The notes under the pieces were generated by a model. That model was given only the letters and a program-made list of their open reading frames with translations. It was not told where the DNA came from and did no database searches. A stretch of 64,000 nucleotides of DNA from Heterodontus francisci (Eukaryota): contig NC_090404.1 in NCBI RefSeq assembly GCF_036365525.1, positions 32,106,236 through 32,170,235 on the forward strand, given 5' to 3'. The position numbers and the translations under genes were made by a program. How positions within the stretch are numbered: the first letter of the stretch is position 1; each line of letters starts with the position of its first letter. This document shows, one piece after another, positions 12,990 to 25,239 of the stretch.

Positions 12990-13390
12990 TGGACTCGGGG
13001 ATATAGGGTAGATTTCAAAGCTTGCAGATGACACAACACTTGTAAATGTAGTGAACAGTGAGGAGCATAGGAACAGACTTCAGGTCGACAAAGACAGACT
13101 GGTGACATGGACCAACGCATGACAGATGGAATTTGTTGCAAAGAAGTGTGGAATGATGCACTTAAGGCGGAAAAGGTTAGATAAGACAATATTACACTAA
13201 TGGTACTATTTTAAAGAGAATGCAGAAACAGATAGCCCTGAGGGTTCAGTTATACAAATCTTTGAAGGATGAGGAAAATTTCATAAAGCTGTCAATAATG
13301 AATGCGGGAACTTGAGTGTTATATATAGTGGCATAGAGTACAAGAACAAGGAAGCTTTGCTGATCATTTATAAAACATTGGTTGGGCCTT
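12990..13390 (+). mobile_element. Degraded CR1 RT fragment
   Basis: CR1-like sequence around cagatggaatt...aagtgt and ggcatagagtacaagaacaaggaag. Confidence 0.6.
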
Positions 13391-14524
13391 TCAATGACAG
13401 GGTTGAACCTGATCCATTAACATTTGGCATATTCGCCCACTGACAGAAATGACATAATCTTTTCCTGTCTGCTCCGTTCCATTCTAGACTCGCTGGGCAG
13501 ATTTTGTGGTCCGAATAATAGCTACCGCTGAGCCTATTGAGGGTTAGAACTGTATCCCAAATTCAGGCGATCACATTTGTACCGAACACCAGAAGTTGCA
13601 GTGCACTTCAATCGGCTCTGGAGGAGCCCCTGATGCGTTGCTTTGTAAAGTGGCAGGGTCATGTATTTCGTCAATTTGGGCTGATTACCCACAACTAGAA
13701 CTAGATTATGCGTTCATTTACTTAAAACTTGTATCAGCAGGCACGGAGTCTTCCGGGGAGAGCACAGACATCCATAAACACTATTAAATTATATGCAATG
13801 AAATTATCGCTTCTGTTTAATTTTCACTTGGAGTTTTTTGCTTGATTCCCATATCCACGTTCGAGAAATTTAGCTGCTCCTGTTGTATGTGCCACTTTTT
13901 AAAATGTAAATGCAAGAGTTTTTTTGAAAGCCTTCAAACCCCTGGAAATGAGTAATGTTTAGGCGCGAGAGAGGGAGACTGGTGAATAAAACCAAAGAGA
14001 GGTTTCGTGATGTTTGGGTGTGGGAGATATGGAGGATATGGAATATCTTTTGCAATCTTTAACAGCGAGAGATACTGCCTTAAAATCTGGATAAAGTTGC
14101 GTTCGGAAAAATCCCTATGACCTTGAATTTCCATGGAGAAATGTAACATTTATGAATCAGTGTGGGAAAAGCCCGAGCCGTTGTGATTGTTGATGATCTA
14201 ATTTGCTGTCTCTCTGAAAAGCTGTTAGAAGGATGGCTGACTGGATGGCAAAGCGTTATAAATCAAATATGCAGATATGATTATATTTGCAACAACTCGC
14301 CTGTTACTTGGTAACATTTCAGTGCCGTTTGACCTTTTTTGAGGAAGTTACTGATGTGCCATTTCTGTTGAATCTGCTCTCGTCTGGTTGCTGCTCATCA
14401 CATCTATTTTTACATTGACGTGCTAACGTTCACTAGCTCTTATTGCAGCAGTGGTTGTTTTTAACATAAAGTGCATTTTGGAGCCATCGATAAATCTTCC
14501 ATCAAAACAGCTAGTGCCATATCA

Positions 14525-14860
14525 AAGAACAAAGAACAGTACAGCACAGGAATAGGCCATTCGGCCCTCCCAGCCTGCACCGATTGTGATGCCTGCCTAA
14601 ACTAAAACCTTCTGCACTTCCAGTGTCCGTATCCCTCTATTCCCATCCTATTCATGTATTTGTCAAGATGCCTCTTAAACGTCGCTATCGTACCTGCTTC
14701 CACCACCTCCCCCGGCAGCAAGTTCCAGGCACTCACCGCCCTCTGTGTAAAGAACCTGCCTCGCAGATCCCCTCTAAACTTTGCCCCTCGCACCTTAAAC
14801 CTATGTCCCCTAATAACTGACTCTTCCACCCTGGGAAACAGCTTCTGACTATCGACTATC
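14525..14860 (-). mobile_element. Young CR1 3' end
   Basis: ORF 14602-14868 SQKLFPRVEES..RGHRFKVRG..WNLLPGEVVEA; near-identical to 38470-38790. Confidence 0.9.
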
Positions 14861-15589
14861 ATAATCAATTTCTACATCCTTCTTTATGTACCTATAAATC
14901 AACATTTCAAACTTCTAAAAAAGCCTTATAAAATCGCAGTGTAAGATTCAGCAGCACTTTCAAAGAGCGCTTTCTGCAACGAATTGAACTGCACTGTTAT
15001 AACTATTTAAGTAGTTCAAGACACTCACTTGCTTTTCAAACGAAGCCTGACCTATTGGGCGTGTCTTTAGATCGTGACTTCATTCGAAGGCGTGGCTTCA
15101 ACGGCAATGAGCTTCGCTGCGAGGTTTTGCAGCTTCTTTGATCCGTGGTACGTGCTGCAACGAACTAGAATAGTTCACATTTCTCAGAGTGATCAGAAGT
15201 GAGCGTCGTCACTTCGCCGCTAACCACGAAATCCCGCCCATTATCTCACACCCCTGTTACATTTCTGGCCCCTCTGTTCAGTTCTGAGCACTTTCAAACT
15301 CTGTTTGACTGTCAAAAAGACAAAGTGTCTTTCATTCGCTCCGTTTCCTCTGATGTTGCAAAAAGCTGCTCTCAAAGTTGCACATTCCAGCTGTTCTTCT
15401 TTGTTAAATTTTGTGAGTTCATTAAAGGCGACTGCTGCGCTATGTCGCTAAAATAACAGCTGTTCGAAGCTGCATTTTAGACCCGGCAACAAACCAATCA
15501 ATTATTCACTCTTCCACAACTTCACAGACAAGCAGCATTTTTTTAAAATCTATTTTTTCCTTGTGCTTCTGCATAACTAATCTAAGCAT

Positions 15590-16200
15590 TGAATACTATG
15601 ATCATGATCTTGACCTGCTTCTCGACAGTGACAATACCGGACTAGATCCAACAAAGTCTCTTTCCTCTTTTGGCAGATAAATTACGCATGAAAATTCATC
15701 TGAACGCGCTTCGAAATTTGCATTTATCTCTGCCCTTAACACAACCACTGCCTCATGAAATGTTACTGTAATTAAAATCTCCCTTTACAACTAATCCTTC
15801 GCTCTTGTCTTCTCGTTAATTTCGTTGCAATTCTGCTCCTCTATCTACTTCACACTATTCTGTGGCCCATATTATGCATCAATTATCATAATAGCTACTT
15901 CATTTTGTTTTTTACTTAATTCCAACGAAATAGATTCTGTCTTCGATCCCTCAAGGACATTTTTTGCAGCAATGCAATTTTTTTTCTTAATCAAAACGGC
16001 CATTCTCCTTTTTTCCTTCTCATTCTTTCCTGAATGCCTTACATCCATGAATATTAAGCAAATAATCATTCCTTTTATTGAGCCAGGTCTCAGACATTGC
16101 CAGAACGTCCTATCCACACGTGAGTATTTGTGCCTGCAGCTCACCAATCTTATTAACCACACTTTATGTTTTACACACATGCACACCAAACACATATCTT
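15590..16200 (-). mobile_element. Old CR1 endonuclease fragment (part of the duplicated block)
   Basis: Inverted homolog of 57810-58290 + 61680-61800. Confidence 0.65.
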
Positions 16201-16219
16201 AAAGGTCGGATAATAGAAG

Positions 16220-16625
16220 ATTATCTGATCAAAATATCGTTAGCCTGACCCAGATTTTGAAAAGGGAACAGAATGCACTGGTAATTGAACAATATCCGTC
16301 AATTTGTTCTTTAGCTTGCCCCAAATGTATGGTTATTAGGATAAAATGTCCGGGAAATCGAGAATGAGCAGATTAAAGTATCTCTGACTGGCGCGGGTGT
16401 TTCATCAATTGAATAAGATGTCCAGGTAATAGAGGAAAAGCTGATCACTGTAACTATACCTGCTCCAGGTGCTTGGTGAATGAACAAAATTCAAAGCTAA
16501 TAGAAGAATATCATCTGAAATTATTTCACTCAGACCCCAGTGTCTAGTGAACTAGACAGTATGTCCAGGTAACAGATGAACAGCTGATCAATGTAGCTTT
16601 ACCCTGCCCCAGGTGTTTGGTGAAA
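16220..16625. repeat. Degenerate ~70-80 bp tandem repeat
   Basis: Recurring gtccaggtaa.aga.gaa.agctgatca...ccaggtg.ttggtgaa; inverted copy at 57340-57810. Confidence 0.6.
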
Positions 16626-17584
16626 GGGACAGAATTTACGAGCGATAAAGGAATGACTGATCAGTGCTATCAGTTGAATTCCTGGCTCCAACAGTGGTAT
16701 GGGAGGCAAGAATTTCTTTTCATGGGTCACTGGCTCTCGTACTGGAGAAGGAGGGAAATGTTCCTTTGGATCGATGTCCATTTAGACCAGAATGGGACCA
16801 ATGTCCAGGAGAATCCAATAACTAAGGTTATATTCGGTGATTTAAAATAAAAGCAAAGTTGGGAGGCTTAAAATGATGGGGAATTTATAAATGTAAAGAG
16901 AATAAAGTGAAGGGAACAGAGCAGTTTTGATTAAAGTTTAACAGAAGGTGACAGGAAGCGACAGAGTTAATGCTAACTTTGTATCAGTAAGTAAGGTAAA
17001 ATCAGGGCAAAATGGCAGAAATTTAAAATTAAAACCTTTATCTTAATGCCTGGAGGATTTGTAACAAGATAGACAAGCTAATGGCACAGATAAGATAAAT
17101 GAGTTGTTCTAATAGCATTATTGAGAGGTGTTTGCATGGTGACCAAGGTTGGGAAATAAATATTCCGGGGTATCTGAGATTTCATAAAGACATACATAAT
17201 GAAAAACCAGGTAGGGTAGCCCTGATAATAAGGGGTTACATAAGGACAGTAGAATTGACGGATCTTGGCTCGAAAGAGTAGGACATAAAATCAGTATGAG
17301 TAGAGATTCGAAATAAAAAGGAGAAGCTAAGGCATTTGAGAGCAATTTATAGGCCTCCTAATAACAGCTAGGAAATGGTATAAATCAGAGCAATTAGGAT
17401 GGACAGCAAATGCCTGCCTTGCCAGAAATTCGCATCAAGAAATAAAAGGATCTTGCAGCAAAGGTCGACATTCAACTGTCGAAAATTAACTGCACCAGTA
17501 ATATATAGACTGTGACGTTAAGAGCAGGTCAGAGGTTCGGAACTCTGCACAGAGCAACCCACCTCCTGACACCCAAAATCCTGT

Positions 17585-18480
17585 CCACACCGAATGCAAC
17601 CTCACTTAGCTGGATCTCTGTACACTAAATGCAATCATGCTGAACTGGATCAGTCCACACTGAATGCAGCTGTGCGAAGTCTGAACATTTCTACAATAAA
17701 TATGACTGATAAACTGGACCTCTCCACGCTGAAACTAACTGTGCAGTACCAGACCTCAGCAGGCTAACAGTAATCGTGCTCAACTACCCATCTGTACACT
17801 CGATATAAACATGCTGAGTTGGCCAAAATCACATTGGCAGTAACGGCGATGAATTGGGCCTGTCCACATTCAATGGAATCTGGCGAACTGAAGCTGGCCT
17901 CTGAATGTAACAATACAGAACTGGATCTGTCTACTCTGAATGTGAGTGTGCTGAACTGGAACTTCAGACACTTAATATTACCGTGCATACCTGGCCAATC
18001 AACTCTAAATATCACCGAACTAATTGCACTTGCTTCTACCGAATGCAACTGTACTGCAATTGACCAGTCAACATTGAATGCAACCATGTTGGATCGTACT
18101 TTTCAACACTGAGAATTCGCGTGCACAGCTGGATCTATGTAATGAATGTAAACGGGCTGAACCGGTTCACACTGAGAGTAACTGTGCTGAACTAAACCTC
18201 TGCACAGTTATTGTGGGAGTACTGAACCTGACCTCTCCATATTGCATATAAACGCGCGTCGACCTCGACCAGTCCACACTAAATGTAAATATAATCAACT
18301 GGACTTGTCTTCACTGAATATAACCATACCAAACTTGACAATCAATAGTGAAGGCAACCGTGCTGAACTGGACGTTTCCATGCAAAACTGAAATGTGCAA
18401 GACTGCACTTATACACATTAATAGTGCAGTGCTAACCTAGACCAGTCCACGCTGAATACTATCAACTGCACTGAAGTGGA
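17585..18480. repeat. Degenerate ~30-35 bp satellite upstream of gene B
   Basis: Recurring gtgctgaactgga..tccacactgaatg. Confidence 0.75.
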
Positions 18481-18795
18481 TATACTATCTAAGAGGGATT
18501 TGGGGTTAAATGGATGTGACTCGGGATCACACGGTGTGGAGCTGAATAGCGATCAGGAGATTGACATTTACTATATTTTCCTTCAGGACCAGAATATACC
18601 TTGTGCTGTGAGCAGCTAGCTCAGCCCTAAAGGGTTTAAACCCGAGGATTCACTTTCACCACTGCAACCACCGATTACTCATTTCATTATCATAACTGTA
18701 ACAAACATCATTTTGTAATATCTGGGTATTTCACTTTAGAACCGTGTTCAATCCTTTCAAAAACATTCCATTCTATCAAAACAAAAACACGAGTC

Positions 18796-18895
18796 TGGCA
18801 GCAGATGCACTAATCTGTTTGTTTCAATTCGTGTAATTAACGTAAAAGATCAAAATATCTAATTATCTCCCTGGAGCCTGACATCAGGTATAAAT
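18796..18895 (+). promoter_or_regulatory. Conserved GPCR promoter of gene B: TAATTA + TCCCTGGAG + TATAAAT
   Basis: atctaattatctccctggagcctgacatcaggTATAAAT (TATA at 18889-18895), about 50 nt before the ATG. Confidence 0.7.
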
Positions 18896-18945
18896 ATTAC
18901 AAGCTTTGAGTGCAGTTTAGAGCGTGCTCAGAGCTTCTGACAAAA

Positions 18946-19015
18946 ATGCACGGATCAGTAAAAGGTCTGGTGTTTGCCATTTACTATCCCATCCTTGCAG
19001 CTATCGGGATTCCAG
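18946..19015 (+). CDS. GPR139-like class A GPCR gene B, exon 1
   Basis: MHGSVKGLVFAIYYPILAAIGIP+G, donor CCAG|gtaac; phase-1 intron joins in frame to 22467. Confidence 0.9.
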
Positions 19016-19537
19016 GTAACGTACTGCCCTTAAATATTAGTTACGTAAATCATTGATTAACTTTCTCACTGACCTTATTTATGACTAACGCTTCTCCATG
19101 TTAATGCTATCCTTTCTCTCCTTTAATTGGATACTTTCGTTACTTTAACGGGAAGATTCCTTCCCTTCAATTTTATATAATCTCACCTAGTTTACAGTAT
19201 TATTTGTTTCCACTTTAGCGTTATAATTTCTCCATTTTAATATAACTTCTTGGAAATTTACTGATATAACGTTTTGTCATTAATGCTTTCATTTCTTTAA
19301 ATTACCAGCGTATTTTTCTTCTGTTTTCCTGCATCACCTTCTACTTTGGCGGCACAATTTATCTTCTTTAGCTGTATAATTTGCCCATTAACCAGTGTCA
19401 TTTCTCCTGTTTGGTAGTGTAATTTAGAGCTTGTAACTGTATATCTCCCCGTACTTGTGCCATTTCACAGTGTAAATTTAGTTCTATTGTGTTGCTGACA
19501 CTTAATGTGGGTGAATTATCACACTGTTATCACGTTG

Positions 19538-20443
19538 TGTTATGACCATGGCGGGAGCAACGCACTGTCAATTCAGTCTCATCACTCCACAGGTCGCAGC
19601 ATATTATTAAGTTTTCACACGCAATCGGAAAACAGTCAAAATAAACACTCTCGTTACCCCAGAATGAAACAGACCAAACCAGGTAACTTCAGACAACAAC
19701 AAATAAACTATTTATTAAAAAAACTAAATCTTAAACAATATTCAGATAAACCGCTGTCTAAAGACCTTATAACTTCTTATCTTAACCTAACTCCCACATT
19801 CGAACGCATACACTTAAAAAAACTAACAGCTGACTCTTTTTAAAAGTGGAGTTTTAAAAAATTATCTGTCTCTTAAGAATAAATAAAATAAGTAAGCTTT
19901 TGTAGGTTTTGTTTCTGATCGATGAGGTCTTCTAATGTGGAAATAGTCAAAAGCCACTCGAAGTTTCCATCCGGATTTGATGAAAATAGTCCTTCAGTAG
20001 ATAAGCATTAAACTCTTCGGCTGCAGGAAGCATTAAACCGTTCTTTGAACGATGAGCACAGCAATGTAAATGTTTTTTTTTTGAAAGGAAAGGCTTTTCT
20101 TCTTTAGTCAGGGAATTAACTTGGCTTGTCACTCTTTTTGTAGAGATTTTGCTCAGAGGCAATAGACTGCTTTCTTCTCTTCAGTACGCTTGGTGGGAAA
20201 GCCTCTGAGAACTATCTGATTTCAGCCAGTTTCTGCCACTTGCATACACAGGCAAGTGGAAGAATTACCATGTGACCTCTCTCTCTCTCCCTCCTTCTGT
20301 TGCCCAGGGTAACAAAATTGCAGCTGTGGCACACGATTTCTCCAGAATTTTCTCCCCCTTAAAGGTGCACTGTTTCAAAAGAGTTTTAAAGGCACGCAAA
20401 CTGTTTTTAATACGAGGAGAAAAATAATTACCGATCCGTGACA
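19538..20443. mobile_element. Probable solo LTR (~0.9 kb) in the intron of gene B
   Basis: Begins TGTTATGA and ends CCGTGACA (TG...CA); splits one 67-bp unit with a possible decayed 5-bp TSD (cgttg/cagag); absent from the paralogous intron of gene C. Confidence 0.6.
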
Positions 20444-20775
20444 CAGAGTAAATATAATTCTATGGTATTATTGACACGGTTACTGTGGGTGAATTATCAC
20501 ACTGTTATTATGCTGTAAATGTAGTTTTTTGTGTAATTGATAGTGTTACTTTGGGTGAATTGCCACACTGCCAACATGCTGTAAATGAGGTTCCATTGTG
20601 TTGCTGACACGGTTGTTCTGGGTGAATTATCACACTTACCACGCTGTAAATGTAGTTCTATTGTGTTATTGATACTGTTACTTAGGGTCAATTATCATAT
20701 TGTTATCACGATGAAAATGTAGCTCTATTGCATTATTGAAAATTACTGTGGGTGAGCTATTACACTGCCACAATT

Positions 20776-21102
20776 GGGGTGGCACAGTGGCGCAACTGTT
20801 AGCACTGCAGTTGCACAGCTCTAGAAACCCAGGTTCCGTTCTGGGTGTGCAGGGTTTGCAAGTTCTCCCTGTGAACACGTGGGTTTTCGCCAGGTGCTCC
20901 AGTTTTCTCGCACAGCCAAAGACTTGCATGTTGGGAGGTAAATTGGCCTTTATATATTGCTCCTAGTGTAGGTAGTTGGTTGGAAAATGGTGGGGATGTG
21001 GTCGGGAACATGGGATTAATGTAGGATTAGTACAAATGGGTGGTCGTTGGTCGGCACAGACTCAGTGGGCCGAAGGGCCTGTTTCAGTGCTGTATCTCTC
21101 TA
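20776..21102 (+). mobile_element. V-SINE (HE1-like) tRNA-derived SINE
   Basis: tRNA-like head, V-domain gtttgcaagttctccctgtg..gtgggttt..caggtgctcc, CR1-like tail ggccgaagggcctgtttcagtgctgtatctct. Confidence 0.9.
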
Positions 21103-22466
21103 TAACAAGTGTTTTTGACCCTGTTACTGTGGGTGAATGATCACACTGTTATCACGGTGCAAATGTAGTTCTACTATATTATTGACACTGTTACTGTGGG
21201 TGAATTACCACACGGTAATCACAGTGTAATTGTAGTTCTATTGTGTTTTGACGCTGTTACTCAGGATGATTTATTACTGTCACCACAGTGTACAAGTTCT
21301 ACGGTATTCATGGTATTGACAGCGACTGCTACGTTTTATAAGTGATTTACTGATTAGAATTATTCAACAATTAAATAATTCTTGACTGAATTTAATGAGT
21401 GAAATTATTGAAGGAAAATTATTAGTCTGCCACTTGTTCACAGAAATATAAGCTATGTGGCAAGTAGCCGTTTTATGAATGAATCTGTACTTACCCTAAA
21501 ATCACAGCGCACAGTGATTTTGATGGCAGACTTTAACTCCTATTGCTTCAGCCTGGCTCTCCTCTCCACATGAGCTGCTGCCAACTGCTCCACACTGTGC
21601 ACAATGGATCGAATGTGTCTTCTGCTCCAAGCCCCTGGCAATGTCCCGGACATTTCCTATCTTCAATTGTTTCTCCATATTTTGTTTAACTGGTGGTGTC
21701 TCTCGCATCTGAGTCAAAAAGCTTTAATTTCAGTACCAACTACTGGGCTAAGCTGACCATCTATGCTGACAGCTCAGCGCACTGAGAAATGGTTGCATTG
21801 CAGGAGGGATGAGACCTCATCGCCTGCCAGTTCCACTGATGCAGGTCGACACAGAATTTCCCAGGGGACTAACAGGAGAAACTGTTTGAGTTATCATTGT
21901 GTCTTCAACAACAGAGTGATGAAACATTTATTGTCCATTTGGTTCTGTCTGAGAAATGTTTCCAGCAAGCTGACTGTCGAATTTACCAACAATTAATCAT
22001 TTTGCAGCAATTATTTGGGTCCTCAGCAGGACATAATCTATTTTAAATGCAAGTTTTTCCTACCTTCCTGTTCTTTTTTACTTTTATTGTCCGTTATTGG
22101 ATTATTTACTCTCTTCAATATGTTCTAGAATATGTTATTGAAGTTACTTTTCCTATCTGTTTGCTGTTCCTGTTTTGGAGTCAATGGGTTTCCGATCCCT
22201 TCTTGTTCTCTCTTATGCTCGATTGCATTATTTTATATTCCTATGTTATTGTCCTGTCTGATTTTCTAACCCAAATTATTTAAAACCCATAAACATGCGC
22301 CCAGATGTTAAGCGATAATTTTCCACTCAGTATCACGTGTTAGAGAATTTTACTCAGGATTCTGTAAAACTGATTTTTTTGACTCGTACCAGGAATTTTC
22401 CTGTTCTAGCTCTTTCACAAACATACACTCTTTCTCTTCCTCTGACTCTCTCTGTCTCTATTACAG

Positions 22467-23374
22467 CTAACCTGGCAGTGATTGTGATTCTGTGCCGAAG
22501 AAGGTGTGGCCTCTCCAGTTGCATCACTTATTACCTGACGTCCATGGCAGTGACGGATCTCCTAGTCATGATCACTACTGTGATATTAAACCGAATTGTT
22601 GGTATTTATTTCCCTGGCAGTTTCATGTTTATCACACCAGTATGCAGTCTCCGTATTGCCCTAAACTATGCGATCATAGACTGTTCTGTCTGGGTAACGG
22701 TCGCTTTCACATTTGATCGATTTATGGCAATTTGTTGCCAGAAGTTGAAAATAAAATACTGCACTGAGAAAACGGCAGCTCGTGTGATAGGAACAGTCTG
22801 CACACTGAGTTGCTTAATAAATACCTTCCGATATTTTCAGTTTGAACCTGTGTATATAATTAACAATGTATCCTGGTTCTGCAGCATAAAATTAATATTT
22901 TATACTTCACCAGCATGGGCGGCATATGACTGGATTCACCAGATTTTAACCCCTTGTCTCCCATTCATTCTGATTTTACTGTTCAATGCTCTGACTGTCA
23001 GAGACATTCTAGTGGCCAGTAAAGCCCGCAAGAGACTCACGGTCAACAACAATGGAGAGAATCGGAGTGACCCAGAGATGGAGAAGCGGAGAAACTCCAT
23101 GGTTTTACTCTTATGCATCTCAGGAAGCTTTATCCTGCTGTATTTGCTACTTCTTATAAACTTCCTTTATGTCCGAATTGCGAAATTCAATTATTTTTCC
23201 GGTTCTAATTTCGATCAGTCAAATTTTATTCTCGACCAAAGCGGATATATGCTTCAGCTTCTGAGTTCCAGTATCAATCCATTTATTTATGCAGGGACCC
23301 AGAGAAAATTCAGAGAGGAGTTAAAGAATGGAGTGAAATATCCACTGAGTCTGATTGCTAAATTGTTTAAATGA
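22467..23374 (+). CDS. GPR139-like class A GPCR gene B, exon 2 (spliced product 325 aa)
   Basis: Acceptor ttacag|CT; ANL (TM1), MAVTDLL (TM2), FTFDRFMAICC (DRY-like), LPF (TM5), NPFIY (TM7); stop TGA at 23372-23374. Confidence 0.93.
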
Positions 23375-24299
23375 CGAAAATAGTAAAATCCAACATGAAT
23401 TGCACGTGCTGTTCCACCCATTGTTGTTCTTATGCATGTCACACATGATCCCCTCCCAGAAAAATATTCACTCGCTTTCAGGTCCTTATCTATTGCTTGA
23501 ATTTAAGAATGCATTAGCAAAGTCGCATCACTGCACAATTCTTGTTTAGTTTCCAGTTTTCTTCCCCAAGCTGACTCTAGCTCACTTCATTTCAATCAGC
23601 CCTAAGGGCCCATAGGAATCGCTACATTCCTGTAGGAGACAGAGAGTCTGACCTCTGATCTCTTATTTGATATCAAGTTTCACTGTTCAACGAAGGGACA
23701 TCAACATTGTTACTAGGAAAGATTTGGATTTTAAGGGTAGGATAGGCACTAAAATGGATTCGTGTACTGCCCCATGCACTGGTCCACAATCCATAGGCAC
23801 AGCCTCTCAGCCGCACGCTTGTGCTGAAACACATAGAAACAGAGGGAATTCTGGAAAGGAAAAAAAAAGACAAACTACCATCTCATTCACCATCTATTCT
23901 TTCCATGCTGTATCCCGAAATGGCATTCTATGACTGACATCAGTCGTATTCATGTTAGAGACAATATTAACTGCTTCCAAGTAGGACATCTGTTCCATAT
24001 ATCGACCACTTAGTGAAATATTGTTTCAGTAGATTGGCTTTGAATTTACCCCCTTTATCTCTGTGACCTCTGGCTCTACTGTTCTCGAAAACCTTTCGAG
24101 CTCTGAATCATCTAGTCCCTTTAGAATCTGGAAAATAATAACCTTACCAACCTCGAGCTTGCCTTTTCAACTGAAAACATGCTCAATGTACATAATAGTT
24201 TCACAGAATTCAAACTGATCCATCCTTTGAATCATTCTGGTGACTTTCTTTGGTGCCTGTTAAAAAGCTGCAACATCCTTTCATTTCAATTCAGCACCT

Positions 24300-25040
24300 T
24301 GCTTTCACACCAACATTTTTATCCTTAGCCTGCTGCAGTGTTCAGTGAACATCAACACAAGCTCGAGGAACGTCAACTTATTTTCCAATTAGGCACCCTA
24401 CAGCCTTGTGATCTGATAATTTCAGAATATAACTGGCTTTTTATTATTATTTTAATTAATTTTTTTAACCATGTGCCTGCATTAAACTTGTTTTTTTCAT
24501 TGTTCTGCTTTTGGACAGAGCTGTTGATTATTCTGTCCTTAACACTCTCTCTGGCCTAATGCTTTGTCTTTCATAATAAAAACAAGAAATGCTGGATTCA
24601 CTCAGCAGGTCTGGCAGCATCTGTGGAAAGAGAAGCAGAGTTAACGTTTCGGGTCAGTGACCCTTCTTCGGAACTGACAAATATTAGAAAAGTCACAGAT
24701 TATAAACAAGTGAGGTGGGGGTTGGGCAAGAGATAAAGGCTTTGTCTTTCACCCCACCATTGGCACTCCCTGTTCCTTTATCCCATGACATCTTTGTCAT
24801 TTGATTTCTCCTGCCCTCTGCCCTATCACATACCTTACCTTTTGTTCTGTCCAACCCACGCACCCCCCCCCCCCACCTCACTTGTATAAAACGTCTTCGA
24901 TTTCTAACCTTTGCCAATTCTGATGAAAGGTCACAGACCTGAAACGTTAACTATGCTGCTCTCCTCCACAGATGCTGCCAGACCTGCTGAGTATTTCCAG
25001 CATTTTCTGTTTTTTTATTAATTTCAAACTTGCAGAATCT
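24300..25040 (+). mobile_element. Penelope-like element 3' part (GIY-YIG C-terminus + terminal repeat) with an internal inverted terminal copy at ~24575-24740
   Basis: HKLEERQLIFQLGTLQP matches the PLE endonuclease C-terminus; terminal repeat with hammerhead core at 24920. Confidence 0.8.
24912..24958 (+). ncRNA. Minimal type I hammerhead ribozyme motif (PLE-associated)
   Basis: CTGATGA (24920-24926), stem II aggtc-aca-gacct, GAAAC, self-complementary AACGTT helix III. Confidence 0.65.
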
Positions 25041-25239
25041 GCACTATTTTCCTTTTATTTCATAGATACAATTTATTTGTCAGAATGTGTAGCTGGGGAA
25101 ATCTCTTTCCATATTCAGTGCACTGGAACACTCTTATCTAAAAATCTTATCCCACAGAGAGAACAGATAGTTTTCCTCTCTGCTCCGTTCAGTAGTACAC
25201 TCAGGAATCCCCTCCGTCTCCTTCCCCTGAAGTTACTGT

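Larger units (their letters stand above)
19465..21300. repeat. 67-bp intronic minisatellite (interrupted by an LTR and a SINE)
   Basis: Unit ctgttactgtgggtgaattatcacactgttatcacggtgtaaatgtagttctattgtgttattgaca; period 67 (21121 to 21188). Confidence 0.85.

Noticed and set aside
19465-21300. Possible CRISPR-like array (also 25610-25985 and 44310-44560)
   Set aside because: Contiguous tandem units without unique spacers, no cas genes, and a vertebrate context
22337-22466. ORF-track N-terminus of gene B (MLENFTQ...), and likewise MSPSVSNT for gene C at 52731-52755
   Set aside because: These are intronic read-through from non-ATG starts; a polypyrimidine tract + AG and a conserved upstream 70-nt exon give the real N-termini
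18946-23374. Assigning the gene symbol GPR139
   Set aside because: Multiple divergent paralogs; orthology to single-copy GPR139 or GPR142 cannot be established without a phylogeny
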